A program made the position numbers and the translations under genes. Below are positions 1-10,557 of a stretch of DNA of 27,510 nucleotides, piece by piece. The notes under the pieces were generated by a model. That model ran no database searches and was not told where the DNA came from. It saw nothing but the letters and a program-made list of their open reading frames with translations. The first letter of the stretch is position 1. The number at the start of each line of letters is the position of its first letter. Source of the stretch: an uncultured Nitrososphaerota archaeon (GTDB taxonomy: Archaea > Asgardarchaeota > Njordarchaeia > Njordarchaeales > Panguiarchaeaceae); assembly GCA_964636085.1 (NCBI GenBank), contig CAZWPQ010000029.1, positions 1 to 27,510 on the forward strand. The letters are read 5' to 3'.

Positions 1-17
1 GGCTGAGAAGGCCTACG

Positions 18-3000
18 GTGGCATTAAAAACTAATAAAAAACTCGATTCACTCTCGGTTAAGGGGCCAAAATACCAAGTTCTTAGCCTTTCAGGACTTAG
101 ATATATCGACTATGTCTGGCATAATGGAAGAGTAATAGCATTGGAAGATACGGACACTGTGACAAACTTTGACTCATTCTATCAGCATAAGATTTGGTCC
201 TATGGTATACATCCACTCTTAAATAACAGTACGAAGATTATAGAGGCAAACAAATTATGGGGCCTAGGATATAACGGTTCTGGAATAGTTATTGCAATAC
301 TGGACACAGGCATCGACAAAAATCACCCAGACTTAGACGACTTAGACGACAATCCCTTGACAAATGACCCAAAAGTCATTTATGAGGTAAGCTTTGTGGA
401 TTATGACTACGACGGAATACCAGACGAAGACCCAATGGATTACCATGGCCATGGGACACATTGTGCGGGAATAGCAGCGGGCACTGGAGAGGCCTCAGGA
501 TACACCTATGTAGGAGTTGCCCCAGGGGCATACCTAATGAATGTGAAGGTGCTAGACAGCAGTGGCGGTGGTTATTGGGACTGGATAATTAGTGGTATTG
601 AGTATGCAACCTTCGGCCCCGACGGTATCGCAAATACGGGGGATGAGGCAGACATTATCAGCATGAGTCTAGGTGGGGCTGGATCACCTAGGGATCCCGT
701 GAGCATGGCCGTTAATAATGCTTGGGACTATGGTATTATTGTTGTTGTTGCAGCTGGGAATAGTGGCTCGCAATACTATACGGTAGCTTCCCCTGCAGGA
801 GCCTCGAAGGTAATTACGGTCGGTGCAACTGATAAATCTGGCAACTTAGCCTCATTCTCCAGCAGGGGGCCAAGTATCGAGTTGAGAATGAAACCAGACA
901 TCGTCGCTCCAGGCGTCAGTATAATTGCGCCACGGGCAAACAATACATATATGGGTAGTGTAATTAATGACTACTATACTTCTGCATCTGGAACAAGCAT
1001 GGCAACGCCCCATGTGGCTGGAGCATCAGCACTGTTATTACAAGCTTTCCCCACTTCAAGTAACAATGAAATAAAAGTAGCAATTATGTCTAGTGCTGTT
1101 GATTTAGGCTATCCTTCGTATGCTCAGGGTGCGGGTCTACTAGATGTATATGCGGCCTATTGTTTCCTTAATGGAACATGGAATACTGTTCCTGTTAGTG
1201 TTGGGGAGAGATCTGCATATGAAGGTAGCGGAGGGGGTTTGGTTACGATAGAAAATAATTGGTATGTAGCTTCATTTGACTCATATCTGGCTTCTGATTA
1301 TTTCTATTATAAACCAGTCGCTGCAGATAATGTATTCTATGAATCGTTTGCGATTAGATATGGTACAGGCTCTGGTACATATTTTTACTGGTTTTTCGAC
1401 TTATTGGTTGAGTCGCCACTTAGCATCATATATAGTGATGAAAATGCCACTGTTGCATTTGGCTCATTGCTCACTCCGGATAATTCATTAAGGATTAAAT
1501 TTTATCTATTTAGCACAAACGAAAAATGGTTGAATGCGTACTTCTTCATAGAAGACATTTCTGTGGGGGTTAGCTGGGTCGCTTTGTATGAGGGTATTGA
1601 TGCAGACGTTTATTATAGTGCAAGCAATAATCAGGGCATATATAACAGTACTTATGACGCTATCTATCAGTACTATGTCCCTAATCCCATTGTCTACTTT
1701 GGATTTTCGGCTGTTAACCATAGTAACGCTCATCATCTATCATCTTGTGGAGATATGTGGGACGCCATAGACATGGATACGTTGAATAATGCTAATTCGT
1801 ATTATGGAGATTGTGGAATGGCTCTCAAATGGAACACCACAAAGATAGCTACTGCTGGTAGTGTACACTTCCAAGTGGTATGGGGCGTTGGGGATAATGC
1901 TGATGATTTCCTCGCAAGTGTCAATGAAGGAAAAGCCATCGATTTTAGCCAAGTAGAATCATATCTAACGTCCACAAAAACAGTCCTTAAAGTAGTATCT
2001 ATAGGCTACATGATCCCTATGTATACTGGCGATAACACGTTTAACATAACAATCAGCAATCTGGGGAATGCTACTGCATATAATGTTAATGTGAGCATAT
2101 TCATAGATAATAGCTACACATATAGTACAACCCTCGACATTCCTGGCTCCTCATCTATAACCCTTCAAACAAGTATATCCATCATTATCCCTGGCGTACA
2201 TATTTTCGAGGTATTCGTCATATACAATGACAGTATTGTGGATGACTTAAAGAGGCCTATCATCATAAATGGGCCAAGAGACATAATAGTCACTCCCATA
2301 GAGCTAAACTCGTATCCACTGTCGATTATCTATGGTGGCCAACGCGTCCCATATAACCTGACAATCGTGTTGGGAGAGGATCTTTCCGACATATCGATAG
2401 GTATAACATATCCTAGCGATATAATATTAACTGCGAATATCATTAATCTAGACAATACCACTGGCCAATACTTTGTGAATCTAGTGATAGAAACAAATGC
2501 TTCTATGTCCCCAGGTACATATGCGGTAGTTATAGATGTTATTGAGTCATCAGTGGTTGTGTATCGATTGAATATTCTATTTGAAATTGTTGGGATGCTT
2601 CCATACTCATACAGCTATAGTGTATATTACTATGAGGAATCTCAATACCTGGGTACCTCTGATTATGATGGAGTGATTGAGGGAGACGAGGATGTCGGGA
2701 TAGATATATCCATAAGTAATGATGGAAACATATCATTTGTTCCTACACTCGTCTTTGGATCAACCAATGACTCTGACATCCTTATATGGGATACTATGGG
2801 TACTGGATATAGTGTATCCCCAGGTTACTCAGATTCGCCTGATGATGTAGACTGCTATATAATGCCCCGACACCCAAATGGTACTCTATGGATGATGGGG
2901 CTTATATATCTGTCAAATGGTACTAGTTATCCCTATAATCTTGGAGTACCCGTGGATTACTTTGAGCTAAATATCTCTGTCCGTGGGAGGATTAATGGTA

Positions 3001-5633
3001 CTCCCTACATAGAATTTGTAAATATGACATATTATGACGATGATAACGATGGGTATTGGGAGCCAGAAGAATATCTCTATGTCGACATTACCGTTATGAA
3101 TAGTGGCAATGGTTCTGCAGTAAGCATATGGATATATGGATATGATAACTACTCCGAGGCGGATATATATACCCCCGGAAGCATTCCAGCTATGGATCCT
3201 GGCGATAGCAGAACATTTACGGTGGAGCATTATGCATATTCTAGTGCGACCTCTGGGACTGTTGTACATGCGACTATATACATCTACTACTACGATATAG
3301 ATTTGAAACATTTGTATACAACAATTATAGAGTATGACCTCCTCATAATGGCTGCTGGGTTGAATATAAATTATATAGAGGTTCCCAGCTACGCTATTGT
3401 GGGAACCACAGTAATGCTTAATGCATCAGTAACTTATGGTGGGCCCGATAACACAACAACAGTAACAATTAGGTGGCTAGCAAATGGAAGCATAATTTGC
3501 GATCATACTTATGTAATCAACATAAATGAGACAATAATAGATAGTTGCTACTGGACTCCCAGCGACTATGGCCACTACAAGATCGAAGTCATTGTTGAGG
3601 ATCCCAATGTTACTTTGAATTCCTCCAAATGGATACCGACAGGATATAGATTACTTTCTGGCCCTATAGACCCATCCGTTGGACAGTATCATAACTATTA
3701 CCTATATGAGGTCGATCCCTACGACCCGACCATAATATTGGATTACATTGGATGGTTCAATATTTCATATGTGGATAGAATATCGACAGATCTCATAAAT
3801 GCCACAAAGACAGTATCCTATTATGGTAGCTATGATTATTACTGGATGACGATAAATACAACAGATAGACATATTGTTGAAGGTACAAGTTGGTGGCTAG
3901 ACAGTTATTATATTCTATGGTATCCACTAGATTGCCAAGTAGGCGACATAATCACATATTGGAGAGGCTATGGAGTTATTGTTGATATCGACGACATAAA
4001 TGTTATGGGACAAACATTCTCGGCATATAGACTAGTATATTTGGACCTCCCAATGTACATGGATATTGCCTGGATAGATGCCGACACGAATATCGTTCTT
4101 AATGTTCTTGAGAAGAGCGATTATTGGGCATATAGACTTGAGTTAAAGGATACAAATATATTTACTATTATCGATACACAGCCACCAGATATAAATATAT
4201 ATAGCCCAACTAATAACTCTTACGTGGGCACATCTGATGTGACCATCTATTGGTATGGATATGATGCATCTGGGATAGACCATTATGAAGTGAAATTAGA
4301 TGATGGTTCTTGGATAAATGTTGGGTTATCGACAAGCTATACCTTCTATAACCTGCAATGCGGGGAACACATCGTATATGTAAAGGCCATAGACAATAAT
4401 AATAATGTAGGAGTCGTATCCATCATATTTACTGTAGATACCACTCCGCCTAGCATTTCAATTACGGCACCACTAAACAACTCCGAGGTAGGAGACACAT
4501 TAAGTGTGTACTGGGAAGCATCGGATGATATATCATATGTCTTCGAGGTAAAGGTCTATCTGAATGACAGTCTTGTCGCTACATTTGTTAAAGATGTAAA
4601 CATGACCGACCATCTAAAATTAACTGGGCTACAAACATCAAAATATTACGTTATAAAGGTAGTAGTATATGATGCTGTTGGATTGTTCTCCTGTAAACGC
4701 GTCATTATAAAGACAAATGCATATGGAGTCTTCATAACATTTCCAGGAGATGAAGCCATGATCAATGTTACATATTTAAGACTCATATGGAGCTATGGGG
4801 GCTCACCGGATAACTTTACTATAAGGGTGAACGGATCATTGTATGCTTTTCTTTTGGCCCCAGCTGATAACGTTAATATTACTGGACTATACGAGGGTGC
4901 ATGGACAATAACTATTACTGCAAAGTATAAAACGGGCACTTATACAGATAGCGTGATGGTTTATGTTGACCTGACACAACCAACAGTCACTATAACATAT
5001 CCTCTTAATGGAGATTTCCTCAATACCTCCGATGTAACATTGACATGGAATATGGATGACCAGCTGACTGGAATAGACTACTGCGAGATTATCGTAGATG
5101 GCTCTGTGTATAATGTTGGTGCTTTAACAGAATATACAATATATGGGCTAAGAGAGGGACTACATACGGTAACCGTTAAGGTATTTGATAGGGCAGGAAA
5201 CTCGGACTCAGATATGATAACCTTTACCATCGACCTTACACCTCCAACAATAGTAATTATATCACCTGAAAACAACACAGAAATCAACACTAATACAATA
5301 ACCATATCGTGGGACATAACCGACAACTATGGCATAGCATACATTAAATACAGGGTGGATCAAGGCGTATGGAATAATGTAGGAATAGTAGATGGGGTAA
5401 CCATAGAGCTCTCCGATGGAACACATAGTATATCGATAGTGGCAGTAGATTTGGCTGGAAATACCAAAATTGTCACTCTCGTTATAACCGTATCGACAGG
5501 GATGAAACTCGGATATTTACTCCCATTGGTAATCGCGGCTGCATTGGCTAGCGTAATTATTATTATGTTCTACAGATCAAGAAAGAGAAAAATAGAGTTC
5601 GGGTATGGGTTTGAGGAGGAGTTTTATCTATAG
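18..5633 (+). CDS. Large membrane-anchored S8 (subtilisin-family) serine protease with CARDB/Ig-like domains; probably 5'-truncated by the window edge
   Basis: Intact catalytic triad motifs VIAILDTGID (Asp), HGHGTHCAGIAAG (His), SGTSMATPHVAG (Ser), and oxyanion AAGNSG. Repeated C-terminal Ig-like units (DTQPPDINIYSP, DTTPPSISITAP, DLTQPTVTITYP, DLTPPTIVIISP). C-terminal TM LLPLVIAAALASVIIIMFY followed by RSRKRK. The frame is open from position 3 and no signal peptide is visible, so the true start is likely upstream. Confidence 0.93.
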   Translation: MALKTNKKLDSLSVKGPKYQVLSLSGLRYIDYVWHNGRVIALEDTDTVTNFDSFYQHKIWSYGIHPLLNNSTKIIEANKLWGLGYNGSGIVIAILDTGIDKNHPDLDDLDDNPLTNDPKVIYEVSFVDYDYDGIPDEDPMDYHGHGTHCAGIAAGTGEASGYTYVGVAPGAYLMNVKVLDSSGGGYWDWIISGIEYATFGPDGIANTGDEADIISMSLGGAGSPRDPVSMAVNNAWDYGIIVVVAAGNSGSQYYTVASPAGASKVITVGATDKSGNLASFSSRGPSIELRMKPDIVAPGVSIIAPRANNTYMGSVINDYYTSASGTSMATPHVAGASALLLQAFPTSSNNEIKVAIMSSAVDLGYPSYAQGAGLLDVYAAYCFLNGTWNTVPVSVGERSAYEGSGGGLVTIENNWYVASFDSYLASDYFYYKPVAADNVFYESFAIRYGTGSGTYFYWFFDLLVESPLSIIYSDENATVAFGSLLTPDNSLRIKFYLFSTNEKWLNAYFFIEDISVGVSWVALYEGIDADVYYSASNNQGIYNSTYDAIYQYYVPNPIVYFGFSAVNHSNAHHLSSCGDMWDAIDMDTLNNANSYYGDCGMALKWNTTKIATAGSVHFQVVWGVGDNADDFLASVNEGKAIDFSQVESYLTSTKTVLKVVSIGYMIPMYTGDNTFNITISNLGNATAYNVNVSIFIDNSYTYSTTLDIPGSSSITLQTSISIIIPGVHIFEVFVIYNDSIVDDLKRPIIINGPRDIIVTPIELNSYPLSIIYGGQRVPYNLTIVLGEDLSDISIGITYPSDIILTANIINLDNTTGQYFVNLVIETNASMSPGTYAVVIDVIESSVVVYRLNILFEIVGMLPYSYSYSVYYYEESQYLGTSDYDGVIEGDEDVGIDISISNDGNISFVPTLVFGSTNDSDILIWDTMGTGYSVSPGYSDSPDDVDCYIMPRHPNGTLWMMGLIYLSNGTSYPYNLGVPVDYFELNISVRGRINGTPYIEFVNMTYYDDDNDGYWEPEEYLYVDITVMNSGNGSAVSIWIYGYDNYSEADIYTPGSIPAMDPGDSRTFTVEHYAYSSATSGTVVHATIYIYYYDIDLKHLYTTIIEYDLLIMAAGLNINYIEVPSYAIVGTTVMLNASVTYGGPDNTTTVTIRWLANGSIICDHTYVININETIIDSCYWTPSDYGHYKIEVIVEDPNVTLNSSKWIPTGYRLLSGPIDPSVGQYHNYYLYEVDPYDPTIILDYIGWFNISYVDRISTDLINATKTVSYYGSYDYYWMTINTTDRHIVEGTSWWLDSYYILWYPLDCQVGDIITYWRGYGVIVDIDDINVMGQTFSAYRLVYLDLPMYMDIAWIDADTNIVLNVLEKSDYWAYRLELKDTNIFTIIDTQPPDINIYSPTNNSYVGTSDVTIYWYGYDASGIDHYEVKLDDGSWINVGLSTSYTFYNLQCGEHIVYVKAIDNNNNVGVVSIIFTVDTTPPSISITAPLNNSEVGDTLSVYWEASDDISYVFEVKVYLNDSLVATFVKDVNMTDHLKLTGLQTSKYYVIKVVVYDAVGLFSCKRVIIKTNAYGVFITFPGDEAMINVTYLRLIWSYGGSPDNFTIRVNGSLYAFLLAPADNVNITGLYEGAWTITITAKYKTGTYTDSVMVYVDLTQPTVTITYPLNGDFLNTSDVTLTWNMDDQLTGIDYCEIIVDGSVYNVGALTEYTIYGLREGLHTVTVKVFDRAGNSDSDMITFTIDLTPPTIVIISPENNTEINTNTITISWDITDNYGIAYIKYRVDQGVWNNVGIVDGVTIELSDGTHSISIVAVDLAGNTKIVTLVITVSTGMKLGYLLPLVIAAALASVIIIMFYRSRKRKIEFGYGFEEEFYL

Positions 5634-5660
5634 ATGTCTGAGTCCCGTATCAGATTTCTA

Positions 5661-5667
5661 TTTTTTT
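5661..5667 (+). terminator. Possible archaeal oligo-T terminator after the subtilase
   Basis: T7 run about 28 nt after the stop codon. Confidence 0.3.
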
Positions 5668-5825
5668 CCTATTGAGGAGCAATCATCGCTGTTTTTAGCT
5701 ATAATATCTTTACCTGATTTCTTCCAATTAATTCTAAATATCAATAAGCAATAGCTGTTTGGCTGAACTTTTATTTTATTTTTTTTATTCTACATCACTT
5801 ATTTGTGGTGGGTTGGTGTTTAAAA

Positions 5826-8330
5826 ATGTTTAAAGAGTTTTTGTTGCTTGTCTTGGCCACCCTATCTTTTCCAAGCACCTATTTAGGCCAAGGCGCCACT
5901 GTAAATTTCTCCAGGCGAAACGTACATATCGCTACAGCGATTATAGATTATGATAGTACTCCTAGAGACATGCCTACCCATATTTGGCATCCCAAATATA
6001 ATGAGAATCCAGATATACCAGGATTTCTATGGATGGATAAACAACACATTTATTTAGAATTATGGAGACAGAATATCGTCCAGACAACAATGGTAAATGT
6101 GGGAAGAATAACTGGCATAGCCCCACCACAGGAAGGGGACTGGATAATTGATAATCTAACAGTTGTCGAGGATTCCACCCTAATAATTAATGGTAGCATA
6201 ATAGTAGAGCCGTCTGGACAATTAGTGCTCAATAATACGACCATCCTTATGAATCTAAGTTATGATGGGCAACACTATATAGAGGTCCTAGGAAATCTAA
6301 CTGCTTTTAACACGAGAATAACGGCCTACAATACATCGAATAATTATTATATTGTTGTTGAGGATGGAGCAAAATTTCTTTTGGATAGATGCGAAATAGA
6401 CTATGCGGGCTATAGTATTGGGGATAACGGACGATACTCAGGATTATGGATAAATACAAACAATGCAAAAATTATCGCGACCAAACTCGCCAATAACTAC
6501 ATTGGCATTGTGGCATACGAGGTCTTAGGGCTTGAGCTCATTAATTGTACCATAGAAAACAATGGAGATGGTGTAATAATACATGAATCTATGGATAGTA
6601 TCATTCACAATAATACGATTGCTAACAATAGCTGGACTGGCCTGACATGCTATTTTTCCAATTCCAGCCATGTAGAGGAAAACATGATCTATAATAATAA
6701 AGAGGGTATTGTGATGTACAGGTCAACAGATTATGTAATTGCTAATAATTCTATTGGCAGGAATAGAGAGGCAGGACTTATGCTCATGTATTCCTACGGA
6801 AATAATATCAGTAACAACACGTTCATTCATAGTGGGTTATGGGTGACTGGTTCATATGATAATATCGTCGTTAATAACACAGTGAATAGCAAACCGCTTG
6901 TTTATCTTGAAAATCAAAGTGATGTTACGATAAATGATGCTGGACAGATAATATTGGTAAAATGTAGTAACATAATAGTTACCGATCTAGAAATTACTGA
7001 TACAACCATAGCGATAGAGCTGTACGAATCAAATAATGTGGAGATATACAATAATACGATTGCTAATAATTTCCATGGGATCTATATTGTCTACTCAACA
7101 AATAACCATATCCACGATAATGTATTGATAAATAATGGTCTTAGATTATATGAATCCTACAACAATATTATTGAAAACAACACTGTGAATGGCAAACCAC
7201 TCGCATATCTAGAGAATCGGTCAAACGCCATCATTACTAATGCTGGCCAAGTAATATTGGTAAGATGCAATAACATAACGGTTAGGAGTATAGAATTAAA
7301 CAATGTCACGATCGGAATAGAATTATATGACTCCACAAATATTTATGTATACAACAGCACCATAATCAACAATCTGCACGGGTTTTATATCTATTACTCA
7401 ACCAATGTTACAATAAGAGACAATATAATCAAGAATAATCGCTGGGACGGAATATTTATGCATTCGTCATCGTATATCAATGCATCCTATAACTTGATTG
7501 CACACTCCTACTACGAATCAATATACATGAAGTACTCATCGAGAAATTACATTTTTAACAATACAATATCAAACAACACCCATGATGGAATAACACTGGA
7601 GTATTCTTCATGGAATATGATATTTGAAAATACAATCGAGAATAATGGCGATACTGGCATAGGACTCGTTGGATCTAATTACAACAACATCTATATCAAC
7701 AACTTTATCAATAACACAGTACAATACGATTTCCTATATTCCGACTCCACACTATATTCCCCCAACCCCCTAATATACACATATAGGGGTACAATACATA
7801 AAAGCTTCCTTGGCAACTACTGGAGCGATTATAATGGAACAGATGATGATGCGGATGGAATAGGGGATATCCCCTATGGTTTAGACGAATACCCCTTGAT
7901 GGAACCATGGAATTCTCCAGTTGGCATTGTTCTGGTCAGAGATAGACAGCCTCCAACAATCTCAATAACAACACCCACTAATGGGTCTAATGTGAACACG
8001 ACATTTTCTGTCGTATGGGATGCCAATGATGATGTCCAGCTGGTAAAGTTTGAAGTTTTTATGGATGATGAATTTATTACAGATACGAGTAACTATAGCT
8101 ATCAATTCATAGATGTAGAGGTTGGTTGGCATAGCGTCACGATCGTAGCCCTGGATCTCTCAGACAAATACTCCTCAGATACAATATATGTTCATGTCAT
8201 AATTTTAAACGAGACCACCACATCTAAACCTACATCCAAATGGTTCAACATATACATACCTATCGCATTTGGATTAATTGGTGTATCCGTCGCGATCATC
8301 ATCATACTAAAGCGAAAGGAAAATAAATAG
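5826..8330 (+). CDS. Secreted, C-terminally anchored right-handed parallel beta-helix (NosD/CASH-like) protein with an Ig-like domain
   Basis: ATG at 5826 follows GGTG and starts a signal-like MFKEFLLLVLATLSF (ORF track starts at GTG 5805). Many N-x-I-x-x-N-x-I / GI-x-L repeats. NosD-type C-terminal motif GNYWSDYNGTDDDADGIGDIPY...DEYPL. Ig-like DRQPPTISITTP. TM IYIPIAFGLIGVSVAIIIIL followed by KRK. Confidence 0.88.
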   Translation: MFKEFLLLVLATLSFPSTYLGQGATVNFSRRNVHIATAIIDYDSTPRDMPTHIWHPKYNENPDIPGFLWMDKQHIYLELWRQNIVQTTMVNVGRITGIAPPQEGDWIIDNLTVVEDSTLIINGSIIVEPSGQLVLNNTTILMNLSYDGQHYIEVLGNLTAFNTRITAYNTSNNYYIVVEDGAKFLLDRCEIDYAGYSIGDNGRYSGLWINTNNAKIIATKLANNYIGIVAYEVLGLELINCTIENNGDGVIIHESMDSIIHNNTIANNSWTGLTCYFSNSSHVEENMIYNNKEGIVMYRSTDYVIANNSIGRNREAGLMLMYSYGNNISNNTFIHSGLWVTGSYDNIVVNNTVNSKPLVYLENQSDVTINDAGQIILVKCSNIIVTDLEITDTTIAIELYESNNVEIYNNTIANNFHGIYIVYSTNNHIHDNVLINNGLRLYESYNNIIENNTVNGKPLAYLENRSNAIITNAGQVILVRCNNITVRSIELNNVTIGIELYDSTNIYVYNSTIINNLHGFYIYYSTNVTIRDNIIKNNRWDGIFMHSSSYINASYNLIAHSYYESIYMKYSSRNYIFNNTISNNTHDGITLEYSSWNMIFENTIENNGDTGIGLVGSNYNNIYINNFINNTVQYDFLYSDSTLYSPNPLIYTYRGTIHKSFLGNYWSDYNGTDDDADGIGDIPYGLDEYPLMEPWNSPVGIVLVRDRQPPTISITTPTNGSNVNTTFSVVWDANDDVQLVKFEVFMDDEFITDTSNYSYQFIDVEVGWHSVTIVALDLSDKYSSDTIYVHVIILNETTTSKPTSKWFNIYIPIAFGLIGVSVAIIIILKRKENK
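6798..7403 (+). repeat. Diverged 303-bp (101-aa) tandem duplication inside the beta-helix gene
   Basis: NNTVNSKPLVYLENQS..AGQIILVKCSNI..IELYES..HGIYIVYST versus NNTVNGKPLAYLENRS..AGQVILVRCNNI..IELYDS..HGFYIYYST, offset 303 nt. Confidence 0.85.
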
Positions 8331-8899
8331 AATCATTAAGTCACGACATCTTAGTTATCCATCTATCGTCACTATTCATTCTTTTTAATGTGATTGGTAT
8401 AATATTCATCCACTAAAAAACTCAATTTAGCATCACACAATATCCTAGAATTAAAAAAACAAGCACAAGCTACAAGAGATTTGGCAACACCTTTCGCTTC
8501 CATATGTATCATCTATAACATCAAATGCTTTTGTTAGTCTTAGCGAAGAGATCGAATAAAAGTGTTATTTAGTAGTACAATCCGAACAAATGAAAATGCG
8601 ATAAACCCCCCACTAACCATTAGTGTTATCTAGGCATTATGGCACGCGTCAGATAATACTATTAGACTGTATGAATATCTCGACACTAAGTATCATAGTA
8701 GTCTTAACCATGATTGTACCGTTTCAATGTTAACGGCGCAAGAACGGGCATCATCCATAAAACACCAAAATTCTAAACACTCCAGTTTATAGCGTACAAA
8801 ACCATGATTATTTAAAATATAGAAGACACATCGTTTACATAAAGGTGTTCCCTTAGGCTAGTGAAGAAAAAAGAGAGGATATAGCCCCAGTTTATCCAT

Positions 8900-9323
8900 C
8901 TAGCGGTCATGGTCAGCAGGGCAATTATCTAGGCTCCAATAAATCACGGGCATGTCTGCGATGTATGCTCCCCTTAAAATCTTTGGTAAGTACACCAGTA
9001 TTGGCCCAAATGTAGGGCCTCTCACTTTTACCCTGTAAGGCTTACTATCACCTGTACTTACAACATGGAACATTAGTTCGCCTCTCGCATTTTCAACGAA
9101 GTGAAACGCTTCATCTTTTGGCATTTTTGAGAATGGAGTAAGTCTTTTCCCATCCTCTATAGTTGTCGCTCTTACTGGGCCCTCTGGAAGATTATCTATG
9201 GCATTTTCTATTATGTGTAGGCCTTCCTCTATCCCCTTTATCTGGACTATTGTTCTGGGGGGCATCTACAGCATTTTGGATCTGTACAGTAAAGTCAATT
9301 TTGCCATATGCCTCATATGGATA
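8900..9323 (-). pseudogene. mbxL: Frameshifted 3' remnant of an MbxL/MbsL-like (NuoD / group-4 hydrogenase large-subunit family) gene
   Basis: C-terminal motifs ENARGEL...KPYRVKVRGPTF...IADMPVIYWSLDNCPADHDR; the DxCxxD end has one Cys, typical of MbxL/MbsL rather than the CxxC of NiFe enzymes. Upstream, in a different frame (9323-9264), YPYEAYGKIDFTVQIQNAVDA matches the family PY..Y..LDF.V.....GD.. segment. The frameshift is near the G6 run at 9257-9262. The N-terminal part and partner subunits are absent. Confidence 0.82.
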
Positions 9324-9525
9324 ACTCCCAAGGAAGTTAGAAAGAACATACCTATCGATCTGTCATGTCTTTATGTATCTTAGTTGTTACATTGCTAAAA
9401 TACCATATCGGTAGCATTAGTCAAACAGGAGATAAAATTTTAACAACTATGATTTATCTGCAGGGACATCCCCTTTTTTTAACCAAAATATTAGATGATT
9501 AGAATAGCATCTATTGGTGTTGTCT

Positions 9526-10257
9526 ATGGTTGGAGAAGAAGAAACTATGAAAGAGGAAAAACCCGAGGTGGCTCCAGAAAAAGTTGAAGTTACTCCCGAA
9601 GAGAGATTGATCATTCGCTCGTATCCCCACGTAACGGTCGAACTGTATATTCTGGGAATACTCGCCCTCATATTCGGTGCCGTAGAAAAAATTCTGGACA
9701 TTTCCCAACACCCCGAAATAATGAAGGCACTGGGAATAGTATTTGTGCTTACATATATTTTCCTTGCACTTATCGTGGCATTTGAATTTCCAGAGACAAA
9801 ATTCTTCCTGCTTATAGCACTTGTAATGATTCTAATACTTGTATATGTCTTACTGAGTTCAACGGGCCATGCATACAGTCCAGGCGGCCTCAAAGAAATT
9901 TATGAACGGCTAAATATTATCCTATCTGCCGATGCATTCTTGGCATTTGGGCTTGGCTCATTTGTTGTGCTATTTATAATATGGCTAAGCAGGAGGTTTA
10001 ACTATTGGGTCATTGAACCAAACCAAGTTCTACACAAGACAGGACTATTTGGTAAGGTGGAGAGATATCCAACAAGGAGCCTACGTTTCAGCATAGATAT
10101 ATCTGATGTATTTGAGTATATCCTATTCTTTAGGAGTGGAAAAGTTGTTTTGGACTTCCCAGACGAGAAAAAGACAATTGTTTTATCCATGGTGCCTAAT
10201 GTTAAACGTGTTGAGAAAAAGATACAGGAAATCCTAGGATACGTCGAAGTGGAGTAA
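9526..10257 (+). CDS. Integral membrane protein (about 4 TM) with a probable C-terminal bacterial PH-like (bPH) domain
   Basis: Four hydrophobic segments followed by YWVIEPNQVLHKTGLFGKVERYP...DVFEYILFFRSGKVVL...SMVPNVKRVEKKI, resembling bPH_2/DUF304. ATG 9526 follows GGTG. Confidence 0.7.
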   Translation: MVGEEETMKEEKPEVAPEKVEVTPEERLIIRSYPHVTVELYILGILALIFGAVEKILDISQHPEIMKALGIVFVLTYIFLALIVAFEFPETKFFLLIALVMILILVYVLLSSTGHAYSPGGLKEIYERLNIILSADAFLAFGLGSFVVLFIIWLSRRFNYWVIEPNQVLHKTGLFGKVERYPTRSLRFSIDISDVFEYILFFRSGKVVLDFPDEKKTIVLSMVPNVKRVEKKIQEILGYVEVE

Positions 10258-10495
10258 AATTCTTAATTTTTTATCGCTCCTTCCTATAAGCATCAATATT
10301 TTTTTAATCCCAAACCTAGGCGCTTCCTGAGGCTTTCTCCTGAGCCTATTATCAGCAGTTTTTGCCTCTAGATCACCGTCTTTGCTATGAGAGAGCATAG
10401 TTATACAGATGCCTTATCTAGGATCTTCATGTAGATTTGAGTCCAATATATTGTTGTTATCTCTATTAAATCTTTAAATATATTTTTGTAACAAA

Positions 10496-10543
10496 TTTAT
10501 ATTTGATAGCCAAAGCAGGAAACTGCTTCCTTCTTTGGCTATC
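10496..10543 (+). promoter_or_regulatory. TATA-like box followed by a 17-bp inverted repeat (operator or leader hairpin) upstream of the 1835-aa gene
   Basis: TTTATATT at 10496-10503. Arms GATAGCCAAAGCAGGAA (10505-10521) and TTCCTTCTTTGGCTATC (10527-10543) are 16/17 complementary with a 5-nt loop. Confidence 0.6.
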
Positions 10544-10557
10544 CCAACTACCGAAGG

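Noticed and set aside
8331-8899. Hidden gene or structured RNA in the 570-bp intergenic gap
   Set aside because: No ORF of 60 aa or more, and no tRNA fold, repeat or recognisable motif seen. It could be old pseudogene debris, but this cannot be supported.
8900-9265. Intact small NiFe-hydrogenase subunit gene
   Set aside because: Homology continues upstream in another frame, the N-terminal part is missing, and there is no C-terminal CxxC.
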